From positions 3,090,001-3,122,000 of the forward strand of contig NC_003272.1 of NCBI RefSeq assembly GCF_000009705.1: DNA of 32,000 bases, given 5' to 3'. Of the stretch, positions 15,485-24,206 are shown piece by piece. Below the pieces are notes generated by a model. That model saw only the letters and a program-made list of their open reading frames with translations, searched no databases and was not told the DNA's origin. The translations under genes were made by a program, and so were the position numbers. Every line of letters begins with the position of its first letter. The first letter of the stretch is position 1. Source of the DNA: Nostoc sp. PCC 7120 = FACHB-418 (GTDB lineage Bacteria; Cyanobacteriota; Cyanobacteriia; Cyanobacteriales; Nostocaceae).

Positions 15485-18043
15485 ATGAAGTTAGATAAAT
15501 TATTTCCAAACTTGCTGCTGACAAGTGCAATACCTTTGACAATGGCTATTTTATTCGCCACTCCCACACGAGCCGAGACAGTGGGACAGGATAAAATCAA
15601 ACTTCCTGTAACTAATGCTCGTATTATCGCACAAACATCAGCCCCCACCCAACAGACTCTGATTCTCATTACAGGAGTAAAGGCAAATTCCACTGAAAAA
15701 GGGGTGGAGGTAATTTTAGAAACCACCCAAGGGGAGCAACTGCAAGTTACTAATCGCAGCACGGGAAATAATTTTATTGCAGATATTACTACAGGACAAT
15801 TGCAACTACCTAATGGAGATGCTTTTACATATCGCTCAGAAAAACCTATAAATGGAATTACGGAGATAACAGTTGCAAATCTTGACGCGAATACTGTACG
15901 AGTTACGGTAGTCGGTGAAAAGGCCTTACCTGCGGTTGAGTTATTTGATGATGATGCAGGGTTGATTTTGGCTGTTGAATCTACAACCACAGCCACACAA
16001 CCGCCAGCAACACCAACTAGTGATGCACCTCCAGCAGAACCCATAGCCCAACAGGATGACCCAATTGAGTTGGTAGTAACGGGAGAACAAGACAGATATC
16101 GCGTACCTACCGCCTCAACTGCGACTAAAACCGATACGCCTGTGCGCGATATTCCTGGTTCGATTCAAGTGATCCCGCGTCAAATCTTAGAAGACCAAAA
16201 AACCACGCGCATACAAGAGGTATTGCAGAACGTTAGCGGTGTCAACAAACAAGGTAATTATGGTGGTACAGATGCAGGTGGATATAGAATTCGTGGCTTC
16301 GATCAGGATGGTAACTTCCGCAATGGTTTTAATGATACTGACTTTTATTCTTTGGTAGACACAGCTAACATCGATCGCATCGAAGTTCTCAAAGGACCGG
16401 CTTCGGTGCTATTCGGTCAGGCTGAACCAGGAGGAATTATCAATGTTGTCACCAAACAACCCCTGAGAACTCCCTATTATGCGGCTGAGTTGAATGTGGG
16501 TAATTATGCCTTTTATCGCCCTAGTTTTGATATTTCGGGGCCGCTGACAGATGATGGTTCACTGTTGTATCGGTTGAATGTGGCTTATCAAAATTCTGGG
16601 AGTTTTCGAGATTATAACTTTCTAGAACGGGTATTTGTTGCGCCTGTAATTACTTGGAATATTAGCGATCGCACTTCTTTAACCTTTGACTTAGAATATC
16701 AGGACAACGATTATCTCTTTGATCGTGGTATTCCTTCCATTGGCGATCGACCTGCTCCTATCCCTATTAGTCGCTTTGTTGGTCTGCCCCACGTTTATAA
16801 CGATAGCACTTTTCGGATTGGCTATCGACTAGAGCATGACTTTAGTAAAGACTGGCAACTGCGTAATGCGTTTTCCTTTGTTTCTGGGAAATCATCTGGG
16901 ACTTATGCCTATGGTGGCTATGACTTAATTGATGACCAGTTTGCCCCAATATACGTGAGTCGTGATGAGTTCACACGCGACATCTATACTTTACAAACAG
17001 AAGTAGTTGGTAAGTTCAAGACGGGATCAATTGTTCATCAACCTTTAATTGGGGTGGAGTTAAGACGCAACACCTGGAAATACACCTCATTCGATGTGGC
17101 AGATCCTATACTTCTGGACATTTTTAATCCCAATTATGATGTAGAACTCCCGGCTACACCTGATGAAAGCACTTTCTCCTACACAACTAGAAGAGATACT
17201 TTAGGGATTTACGTTCAAGACCAAATTACTTTTGCAGATAATTTGAAGCTCTTAGTTGGTGGTCGCTTTGATGCCTTCCAGAGAAAAGAAGAAGGTTTCT
17301 CAGAAACAGCGAGTGAAGAATCTCTCAGTGCTTTTAGTCCCCGTATCGGTATAGTTTATCAACCAATTCAAGCGATTTCTCTTTATGCCAGTTATTCTCA
17401 ATCGTTTAAACCCGATCGCTTTTTTGGTCGTTCGGCAAGTAACGAACCCTTTAAGCCAACAAGAGGAACACAGTACGAAGTTGGTATCAAGGCAGATATT
17501 AGCGAAAAACTTTCAGCAACCCTAGCAGCCTACGAGATTACCAAAACTAACGTTGTCACTTCCGATCCCAACGATCCCAATTTATCTGTGCAGGTTGGAG
17601 AACAAAGAAGTAGAGGGATTGAATTAGATATTGGCGGGGAGATTGTGCCAGGTTGGAATATCATTGCCTCTTACACCTACACCGATGCAATTACCTCAAA
17701 GGACAATACCATTCCCGTAGGTAATCGCATCGATAATGTACCCGAACACGCTGCAAGTTTGTGGACAAGCTATGAACTGCAAAGCGGTGATTTAAAAGGT
17801 TTGGGCTTTGGTTTGGGACTGTACTATGTGGGAGATAGATATGCCGACGTGGAAAATACAAGCTTGTTGTCCAGCTATTTCCGAACAGATTCAGCAATAT
17901 ATTACAAACGAGATAACTGGAGGTTGGCTCTAAATTTCCGCAATCTTTTCAATGAAACTTACTATGAAACATCTCAAGCCAGAAATACAATCTATCCTGG
18001 TGCGCCTTTTACTGTCATCGGTTCGTTTTCAATTCAGTTTTGA
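15485..18043 (+). CDS. TonB-dependent siderophore receptor with AMIN-like domain, cassette 3
   Basis: 852-aa ORF. GGGGAG lies upstream of the ATG. Signal peptide, AMIN-like domain, PIELVVTG, plug (DTPVRDIPGSIQVI, VLKGPASVLFG), barrel, terminal F. Confidence 0.93.
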   Translation: MKLDKLFPNLLLTSAIPLTMAILFATPTRAETVGQDKIKLPVTNARIIAQTSAPTQQTLILITGVKANSTEKGVEVILETTQGEQLQVTNRSTGNNFIADITTGQLQLPNGDAFTYRSEKPINGITEITVANLDANTVRVTVVGEKALPAVELFDDDAGLILAVESTTTATQPPATPTSDAPPAEPIAQQDDPIELVVTGEQDRYRVPTASTATKTDTPVRDIPGSIQVIPRQILEDQKTTRIQEVLQNVSGVNKQGNYGGTDAGGYRIRGFDQDGNFRNGFNDTDFYSLVDTANIDRIEVLKGPASVLFGQAEPGGIINVVTKQPLRTPYYAAELNVGNYAFYRPSFDISGPLTDDGSLLYRLNVAYQNSGSFRDYNFLERVFVAPVITWNISDRTSLTFDLEYQDNDYLFDRGIPSIGDRPAPIPISRFVGLPHVYNDSTFRIGYRLEHDFSKDWQLRNAFSFVSGKSSGTYAYGGYDLIDDQFAPIYVSRDEFTRDIYTLQTEVVGKFKTGSIVHQPLIGVELRRNTWKYTSFDVADPILLDIFNPNYDVELPATPDESTFSYTTRRDTLGIYVQDQITFADNLKLLVGGRFDAFQRKEEGFSETASEESLSAFSPRIGIVYQPIQAISLYASYSQSFKPDRFFGRSASNEPFKPTRGTQYEVGIKADISEKLSATLAAYEITKTNVVTSDPNDPNLSVQVGEQRSRGIELDIGGEIVPGWNIIASYTYTDAITSKDNTIPVGNRIDNVPEHAASLWTSYELQSGDLKGLGFGLGLYYVGDRYADVENTSLLSSYFRTDSAIYYKRDNWRLALNFRNLFNETYYETSQARNTIYPGAPFTVIGSFSIQF

Positions 18044-18066
18044 CCTTGATTTTTGTTGAGTTGATC

Positions 18067-19143
18067 ATGTTCTGGAAAACTTGCTGCAATGCGATGCTTT
18101 TGGTGGGTGTTGCTATCGCTTTCCTGCATAAATATATTGTCTTGGTTGTACTCACGTCCATCTTGATCACAGCTTGTCAAGGTGATATTATCGACAACCC
18201 CAATTTAGAAAGTAATGTACCACAGTCTACTGATTGTCGAGTGGTTGAACACGCAGTAGGAAAAACCAAGATTTGCGGTAAACCTAAAAAAATCGCAGTT
18301 CTCGAACCTAAGATGCTGAGTCTGATGTTAGCCTTGGATGTACAACCTGCTGCTTACGCGGATGCTTATTTAGTGAATGCGCCTCAATTCGATAACCCTA
18401 GCCAACAAATTCCCTACCTGGGTAAGTATGTCACAAGTCAGCCGATTAATTTAGGCGATCGCTCTAGTCCTTCCCTAGAAGCTTTGACTCTACTCAAACC
18501 CGATTTGATTTTAGGCTTAAATTATCAGGACAATCAGTTATTTAGTGCGATCGCTCCAACCGTATTCATAGATAATGAGCAAAATTGGCAGGAAAGCATT
18601 AAAATTGTTGCCAAAGCCCTTGATAGCCAGAAAAATATACCATCAATTATTACCTCACAACAGCAACAGTTAGCTAAAGTCCGCGCTCAATTAGAATCTC
18701 TCGTCAGTACCCATCCGCGAGTCCTAAATATTGTTTGCAGTCAATTAATGGACTATATAGAGGTTACATACAACGGAAATACAATTGAAATTCTCGAAAA
18801 AATTGGATTTCAACCTGTATTTTTGCCAGATATAGAACGAAAACCAGGGTTACGTCCACAAATTACCCTGGAAACCCTCGCTCAACTCGATGCAGATATT
18901 GTAATTGTTAATACTTGGGTAGATAACTGGAATGGTAAATCTACTTATACCGTTCCCCTCAAAGAACTCAAGCAAAAATGGGCTAAAAATCCCCTCTTGC
19001 ACAATTCACAAGCTTGGAAAGAAGGACGGGTTTATTTTGTGGACTACACCCTCTGGGGTAATGTAATTGGCGCACCTATTGCTAATGCTCTGATATTAGA
19101 ACAACTACCATCACTTTTGCTATCCAACACCTTGAAACCATAG
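18067..19143 (+). CDS. Periplasmic iron-siderophore binding lipoprotein, cassette 3 (type A, similar to 7495-8487)
   Basis: Lipobox ILITAC, CRVVEHAVGKTKIC, KPDLILG and VYFVDY. I prefer ATG 18067. The track start at TTG 18040 overlaps the receptor stop. Confidence 0.85.
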   Translation: MFWKTCCNAMLLVGVAIAFLHKYIVLVVLTSILITACQGDIIDNPNLESNVPQSTDCRVVEHAVGKTKICGKPKKIAVLEPKMLSLMLALDVQPAAYADAYLVNAPQFDNPSQQIPYLGKYVTSQPINLGDRSSPSLEALTLLKPDLILGLNYQDNQLFSAIAPTVFIDNEQNWQESIKIVAKALDSQKNIPSIITSQQQQLAKVRAQLESLVSTHPRVLNIVCSQLMDYIEVTYNGNTIEILEKIGFQPVFLPDIERKPGLRPQITLETLAQLDADIVIVNTWVDNWNGKSTYTVPLKELKQKWAKNPLLHNSQAWKEGRVYFVDYTLWGNVIGAPIANALILEQLPSLLLSNTLKP

Positions 19144-19226
19144 ACATAGCTGGAAAATGCTGAGTGCTGAGTAAAAATCATCTGTAGCTGGTATATTGCT
19201 ATTGATGAAGATAAAGAAGTAGCCTT

Positions 19227-19353
19227 TAGTAGTGGACTGACGCGACTAAAATGTTGCATTAGAGTTTGGATAAAATTAACCGCAGATAAACGCAGATGGA
19301 CGCGGATGAAATTTTGGTTACTGCACTAAATTAGCTATGTCAGTCCATTACTA
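19227..19353. repeat. Long imperfect hairpin element. Arms are TAGTAGTGGACTGACG (19227-19242) and ATGTCAGTCCATTACTA (19337-19353). They enclose three tandem decamers CGCAGATAAA CGCAGATGGA CGCGGATGAA (19281-19310).
   Basis: The arms are complementary at 14 of 16 positions by eye, and the decamers are read directly. The element is intergenic between convergent genes. Confidence 0.55.
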
Positions 19354-19388
19354 TTGTGCAGTTTGGATAAGTCCTGACCTATCACCTA

Positions 19389-20243
19389 CTACAGCTTCAG
19401 AACTGTTTGAATAGACTCACTCAAAGATGTGGTAGGACGGCTTATCAGTTGACTTAGGGTTTGGCTGGCATCAAACAACCCTCCTTTTGCTGCTCCTGTC
19501 TCAGATTCTGCTAACATCACAGCAATAGACTCAGGTAAGCCTGCATTTTTTAATACATGAATATACTCATCTTCAGACAAATTCTGATAAATGACCTGCT
19601 TTCCAGACAGCTTACTAATTTCGGTGGCAAATTCGCTCAATGTATAGGCTACATCACCAGCTAATTCATAGACTTTACCCGCTTGGTCATGGGCTAATAA
19701 AACGGTGGCTGCGGCTGCGGCATAATCAGCACGGGCGGCGGAGGCTATTTTGCCTTCTCCGGCACAGCCCATGACTGCACCATATTCCAAAGCTACGGGA
19801 ATACCAGTCATATAATTTTCGTTATACCAACTATTACGTAATATCACATAAGGCACACCAGATTCTTTCAGGACAGTTTCAGTTTGTTGATGTTCTGCTG
19901 CTAGAGGCAGGGGACTGCTATCTGCGTGTAAGAGACTCGTATAAGCCAGTAATTTGACTCCAGCTTGTTTACAGGCGTTGATGACATTTTTATGCTGAGG
20001 TACGCGACTGCCAATTTCACTGGAGGAGATGAGCAATACTTTTTCTGCACCAGCGAAGGCAATATCTAATGTGTGGGGTTGGGTATAATCAATCTGCCGT
20101 ACCTGCACGCCTAAACTGGCAAAATCTGATACTTTTTCTGGATTCCGAACCGCAGCTACTAGTTTATTGGCAGGAACGGATTTTAATAGTTCTTGCAATA
20201 CTAATCTGCCTAACTGACCCGATGCAGCAGTGATGACAATCAT
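19389..20243 (-). CDS. NmrA-like / SDR-family NAD(P)H-dependent oxidoreductase (QorB/YtfG-like quinone oxidoreductase 2)
   Basis: 284-aa ORF with N-terminal Rossmann motif MIVITAASGQLG and LLISSSE...PQHKNVINA...AYTSLLHAD...LRNSWYNENY, resembling E. coli YtfG as I recall it. It is divergent from an HxlR regulator, as in ytfG-ytfH. Confidence 0.8.
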   Translation of the reverse strand: MIVITAASGQLGRLVLQELLKSVPANKLVAAVRNPEKVSDFASLGVQVRQIDYTQPHTLDIAFAGAEKVLLISSSEIGSRVPQHKNVINACKQAGVKLLAYTSLLHADSSPLPLAAEHQQTETVLKESGVPYVILRNSWYNENYMTGIPVALEYGAVMGCAGEGKIASAARADYAAAAATVLLAHDQAGKVYELAGDVAYTLSEFATEISKLSGKQVIYQNLSEDEYIHVLKNAGLPESIAVMLAESETGAAKGGLFDASQTLSQLISRPTTSLSESIQTVLKL

Positions 20244-20294
20244 ATTTTTTAGTTGGTTAATTTTTTGATGTCGATAAACCTAATATAATTGCTT

Positions 20295-20331
20295 TACTAA
20301 CTTTTGGTAAGTACTAACAAAAAAGTAAGTA
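20295..20331. promoter_or_regulatory. Candidate HxlR operator: half-sites TACTAAC, GTAAGTACTAAC (quasi-palindrome around AGTACT) and GTAAGTA. A TATAAT lies at 20284-20289.
   Basis: Read directly in the 89-bp divergent intergenic region. Confidence 0.35.
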
Positions 20332-20332
20332 T

Positions 20333-20728
20333 ATGAGTAATAACAATAATGATTCAAATACTCTGACACAACGCTTTGAAATGGGCGATCTTTTCGCCCA
20401 GCCATGTCCTTCACGAGACATCCTGAAACACGTTTGCAGTCGATGGGGCGTACTGATTCTGATTGCGCTGCGCCAAGGAACTCACAGATTTAGCGAGTTG
20501 AGACGAAAAATAGGGGGAGTTAGTGAGAAAATGCTGGCTCAGAGTCTACAATCACTGACGGAAGATGGTTTTGTTTTGCGTGTATCTCACCATGTAGTTC
20601 CACCTTTTGTTGAGTACAGCCTGACTCCGATGGGAGAAGAAGTCGCTGATCGCATCGCCGCTTTAGCAGACTGGATTGAACTCAATACGCCAAGGGTTTT
20701 GGATGCAAGGAAGAAGGTGGAGAGATAG
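20333..20728 (+). CDS. HxlR-family winged-helix transcriptional regulator
   Basis: 131-aa ORF with CPSRDILKHVCSRWGVLILIALRQGTHRFSELRRKIGGVSEKMLAQSLQSLTEDGFVLR...VEYSLTPMG, the typical HxlR domain. Confidence 0.88.
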   Translation: MSNNNNDSNTLTQRFEMGDLFAQPCPSRDILKHVCSRWGVLILIALRQGTHRFSELRRKIGGVSEKMLAQSLQSLTEDGFVLRVSHHVVPPFVEYSLTPMGEEVADRIAALADWIELNTPRVLDARKKVER

Positions 20729-20920
20729 CTAATTAAGTGACCCAATCGGGACTTTAGCAACAGAGGCGATCGCGTTGGTTGTGGTGGCTGCATATTAGAA
20801 TTAAAGTCATTACCACGAACAGATTTCATTGCAAAAATCAATAAAATTGGAAACCATTTTTCCGCGATTTCCAAGCCATAAAACCTGCGGTAAACAGCAG
20901 CGATAACCCTGAAATTGTAG

Positions 20921-21145
20921 ATTCTGGGTGTACCTGAGATTTGGTCTTATGATTCTGGAGAAATCAAAATTTATCAGTTGCAGGGTGAGGGATACCTTGA
21001 AAGAGAAACAATTTTAGTGTTTCCTCATCTGAATATTCAAGCAATTCCATCACTAATTGAAAGATATCGCATGGCAGGAAGACGGGTTTTTCTCCAAGCA
21101 ATCAGGGAATGGGTGAGAGAACAGATAATGCCACACAAAAACTAA
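20921..21145 (+). pseudogene. 3-prime relic of a Uma2-family (DUF820) endonuclease gene
   Basis: The frame opens after TAG at 20918 with no start codon: ILGVPEIWSYDSGEIKIYQLQGEGYLERETILVFPHLNIQAIPSLIERYRMAGRRVFLQAIREWVREQ. This matches the conserved C-terminal LGVPEYW...IYQL...FP...IP...AFR.WV pattern as I recall it. Confidence 0.55.
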
Positions 21146-21249
21146 GCTCTTGTTGAGAAATGTACTAAGGCTAAGAAACTATGTAAAGCTATAGGCAACA
21201 GAGCAAAATATTCTGAACTTTGTTAGTTTTTACTTATCTAGGTATAAAT

Positions 21250-21438
21250 GTGCCTTCAATTACTTACAATCGCACTGACAGCCAGCAGCCACAAAATGTT
21301 ATTATCGATGGTTATGTGATTCGTCCAGGATTACACATTCTCAGCTACGAGCAGCTTAGGTTAGTCCGCGAACAAATACAGCACAATTCTCAGCTTGAGT
21401 ATTTTGTTAGTCAAGGTGTCATTAAATTGATTGGCTAA
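21250..21438 (+). CDS. Hypothetical small protein, 62 aa from GTG 21250. Paralogue of 21604-21792.
   Basis: It aligns without gaps to the convergent ORF, with about 29% identity (Y6, T9, P14, N16, G21, PG, S.EQL, R, I, L..YV.Q). AGGTATAAAT precedes the GTG. The track start at TTG 21220 gives 72 aa. Confidence 0.45.
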   Translation: MPSITYNRTDSQQPQNVIIDGYVIRPGLHILSYEQLRLVREQIQHNSQLEYFVSQGVIKLIG

Positions 21439-21505
21439 TCATCTTGTGACATTTTCTAGGGATATTTAAGGCTATAGTGGCAATTCATTTTTCACCAGCC
21501 AAGCT

Positions 21506-21550
21506 TTTTCTTTTAGGTGCATATGCCAGATTAAAAGCACCTAAAGAAAA
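21506..21550. terminator. Bidirectional terminator-like hairpin between the convergent small ORFs
   Basis: TTTTCTTTTAGGTGC-16 nt-GCACCTAAAGAAAA forms a 14-bp stem with one bulged T. T/A runs flank it on both sides. Confidence 0.55.
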
Positions 21551-21603
21551 TATTTTTGTGTCAAAAACAGATTATTTCGTATGCAGAGACTCTTGTATAA
21601 AAA

Positions 21604-21792
21604 TCACTCTTGAATAATCAGAATTTTTTGTTTAACATAATGCTGAAGTAATCGATCATTTTTAATAAAATGCCGCATTTCAGTTAGTTGCTCACTACTA
21701 ATCTCAGTTATTCCAGGTACAAAAGATATTCCTAAAATAAGTATGTTAGGAGGAAGGTATTTTCCTGTTTGTTTATACTCAACTGTCGCCAC
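21604..21792 (-). CDS. Hypothetical small protein, 62 aa with a GTG start. Paralogue of 21250-21438.
   Basis: The GTG start is preceded by AAAAGGTGAATGT, which is Shine-Dalgarno-like. The length is the same as its convergent partner and the conserved positions are shared. Confidence 0.5.
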   Translation of the reverse strand: MATVEYKQTGKYLPPNILILGISFVPGITEISSEQLTEMRHFIKNDRLLQHYVKQKILIIQE

Positions 21793-21947
21793 ACATTCAC
21801 CTTTTAAGATTTTCTATCAAGCATTACTTGAAACAATCAGCCGCCATATACCATATAATTCATCCTTAAGAAGGATACGAATTAGATAGTCTTGTGATCA
21901 TCAAATATATAGATTTATATTCAATAATATACTAATATTAGTGAATC

Positions 21948-22028
21948 GCCCTTGGTCAAATGCCAGTAGTGCGGCTTCGGCTGCAAGTGTCTCTAATTCC
22001 GCGCCTGAGAATTGTGTAGTATTGCCGG
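21948..22028 (-). pseudogene. Short relic resembling the AAA+ ATPase lid region
   Basis: Reverse translation gives NTTQFSGAELETLAAEAALLAFDQGRF, similar to the (T.GFSGA[ED]LE.L..EA) motif. There is no start codon and no upstream domains. Confidence 0.3.
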
Positions 22029-22287
22029 CGATCGCCCATTTGCTGCCGTAATCCTGCAATCCTTTGATTATAGGCGAATGGCACTAAGAAAACATGAAAC
22101 TCTTGCTATGAATGGGTGTAGGGGTGATGAGAAGAACAGTATTTATGAGGTATCTTGATTTAATTATTTAGATGTTTACCTTACCCCTCTACACCCTTAC
22201 ACCCTGAAAGGCTTATACCTTAAAGATTTGCGCTTATCTTAGTGCCATTCGATTATAGGCATTGACGATTTTTTCAGCTTCAGATGT
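22029..22287 (-). pseudogene. Relic of a fifth type-B siderophore-binding-protein gene, split by a MITE
   Basis: 22029-22075 plus 22261-22287 align to 25795-25867 of the intact binding-protein gene: gcgatcgcccatttgctgc.gtaat.ctgcaatcctttgatt...attgacg.tt.ttcagcttcagatgt. Confidence 0.7.
22076..22250. mobile_element. MITE copy 2 (175 bp), flanked by the 10-bp duplication GATTATAGGC (22066-22075 and 22251-22260)
   Basis: It has the same TIRs and internal sequence as 14048-14213. The intact paralogue has a single GATTGTAAGC at the homologous site (25831-25840). Confidence 0.85.
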
Positions 22288-22308
22288 CAAATAACTCCGC
22301 CGGAAGCA

Positions 22309-22715
22309 TTGAGGGCTACTAATCAGCCCCAGCCAAGTATTATGGATGCTATAGCGGGGATGTTTTACGGTGGCATTACGGAAGAAATTTTGACGCGTTG
22401 GGGGTTGATGTCGCTCCTAGTTTGGTTAGGTTGGAAGTTATGCAAGCAAGGCTTAGGACTGCCTAGTCATGTAGTCTATCAGAGTGCGATCGTTTTAGCA
22501 GCAGTTGTTTTGGGCTGTTGCATTTGCCGCTAATCTCTAACCTGGCACCGATTACAGGTTGGGTCATCGTTTACGCCATTCTGCTGAATGGTATTGTGGG
22601 TACTGCTTGTGGATGGCTGTTTTGGCAATATTCTCTTGAAGCAGCAATGATAGCCCATGCCAACTTTCATGTTTATGTCTTTGCCCTGAATGCTTTGCTG
22701 ACAAAATTTATTTAA
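22309..22715 (+). pseudogene. CPBP-family (CAAX/Abi) intramembrane protease gene, truncated at the N-terminus and frameshifted
   Basis: Motif 1 GGITEEILTRWG is in the frame of 22309-22533. Motif 2 FGLLHLP and the later IAHANFH motif are in the frame of 22518-22715. The frame switch falls near 22500-22515. Confidence 0.65.
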
Positions 22716-23492
22716 TTTGCCAAAAAAGAATAGTGCTGGCAAAACGGGCTTGATGATATACAGGTAGCCAGCCTTGCAAAATTTTATGGAAGCGTTGCAT
22801 CACATAGCTTTTAGCACCATTGGCGCGGATGTCTTCCATCCCAACGAGTTGTTCACCTAGAAACCCAAAAAAATCGGCACTAATTTGGCGATAAGTTCTC
22901 CAATAGGGAACGGCTATGGAACGCAGACGTATTAAAGTAGATAAGGCTATTAAGGCAAAAAAGGCGATCGCTAAACCTGCACGCCAATCTTCGGCAAATA
23001 GCACTACAATTACACCTAACATCAATAGCAAGTTGCCTAAGATGTAAATGCTGAAATTGGAAAAGAATTGCGAAAGAGTGTGAACATCCCCTTCTACTCT
23101 CTCTAGTAATTCACCGGGTGTAGTGTATTTATGAAAGGATAAATCTAGTTTTAAACAATGCTCAACCAAGTCAGCCCGTAAGGCGTTAGTGGCTCTCCAA
23201 GCGACGTTTTCACCGTAGTAGGTAGCAGTAATGGTGATGAGTTGAGTGATGACAGCTACAGCTATAAATAGTAAGGCGGCTAAAAGTAAGTTTCGCCCAG
23301 AACCACCAGCTACGGCTGTATCTATGAAATAACGGAGAATTTGCGGGTTGACTAATTGTAGTCCGATGCTGGCTAAGAGTGCGATAAGCCTGACGGCATA
23401 GCTACGCTTACCGCAAATTTGATAACTCTACCCTTTTGGGGTTTAAGATAATCTACAAGTAAATTCCAGTATTGCCGTAGTCCAATTTTCAT
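22708..23492 (-). pseudogene. ABC exporter (type I transmembrane domain) gene fragment, disrupted by a 38-bp insertion and truncated at the 3-prime end
   Basis: ATG 23492 gives MKIGLRQYWNLLVDYLKPQKGRVI, then the frame breaks. Removing 38 bp (23383-23420) joins it in frame to ...ALLASIGLQLVNPQILRYFIDTAV...LVEHCLKLDLSFHK... (track ORF 22708-23169). No nucleotide-binding domain follows. Confidence 0.7.
23383..23425. mobile_element. Very small insertion: 33-bp GCCTGACGGCATAGCTACGCTTACCGCAAATTT flanked by 5-bp direct repeats GATAA
   Basis: Read directly. Deleting the insert plus one repeat restores the ABC-exporter reading frame. Confidence 0.55.
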
Positions 23493-23570
23493 ATTTTCCG
23501 CTTAATTATGCCTATTTAATGCGAATATATTTTGATATATTGATTTAGCTATGTAGCTTTTTTTGAATGT

Positions 23571-24181
23571 GTGAAAACTGATTCAATTCTCTATCGACTG
23601 TTCAAAACATTTCCTGGCGTTTTCTTTGAATTGCTCGGTCAATCGCCAGTGGAAGCGGAAGCCTATGAATTTTTATCAGTAGAAGTCAAGTCGCTTCGCT
23701 CCAATTCAAAAAAGGTCAGCGAGTGCAAGTAATTTACCTAGATGAGTTGAGAGACTTAACTAATCAATCAATTGGTTTAGGAACTCTCACGTTGGTAGTT
23801 GAACCACCAGAACAGGCCAGTGTAAAAGCTCGGAATTTAATTGAGAGGAGTAAACAAGTTCCTGATGAACAAGTCAGGAGAAAATTAGTAGAATTAATAG
23901 AGACAATCATTGTTTATAAGTTTCCTCACAAGAATCAAGCGGAGATTCAAGCAATGTTAGGATTAGGCGATTTGAAACAAACCAAGGTTTACCAAGAAGG
24001 CTTGGAAGACGGAGAGCGGAAGGGGCGCGTTGAGGGTAAACTTGAGGGTAAACTCGAAGGTAAACTCGAAGGTAAACTCGAAGCAGTACCTCGGTTATTG
24101 AAATTGGGGTTAACTTTGGAACAGGTAGCAGAAGCACTAGAATTAGACGTTGCAGAAGTTAGAAAAGCTGCGCGACCGTAA
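23571..24181 (+). pseudogene. DUF2887-family gene with an internal deletion and frameshift
   Basis: GTG 23571 gives VKTDSILYRLFKTFPGVFFELLGQSPVEAEAYEFLSVEVKS, the family N-terminus, and then a premature stop. The C-terminal part resumes in another frame (track ORF 23723-24181: ...VQVIYLDEL...IVYKFP...LKQTKVYQEGLEDGE...PRLLKLGLTLEQVAEALELD). Confidence 0.6.
24035..24082 (+). repeat. 12-bp tandem repeat GGTAAACT(T/C)GA(G/A) x4, encoding (GKLE)4
   Basis: Read directly. The duplicated copy downstream carries only one unit. Confidence 0.9.
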
Positions 24182-24206
24182 ACTGAGCAACAAAAGTAGT
24201 AATTAT

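Noticed and set aside
15448-16044. 198-aa minus-strand ORF
   Set aside because: It lies entirely antisense to the AMIN/linker region of receptor 3. It is low-complexity (Ala/Ser/Val-rich) and has no recognisable motifs.
19044-19259. 71-aa minus-strand ORF spanning the end of the cassette 3 binding-protein gene and the hairpin element
   Set aside because: It overlaps a supported CDS and a repeat element and has no motifs.
20587-20874. 95-aa minus-strand ORF overlapping the 3-prime end of the HxlR gene
   Set aside because: Half of it is antisense to a well-supported CDS and it has no recognisable domain. The non-overlapping part may be another small relic, but I cannot support that.
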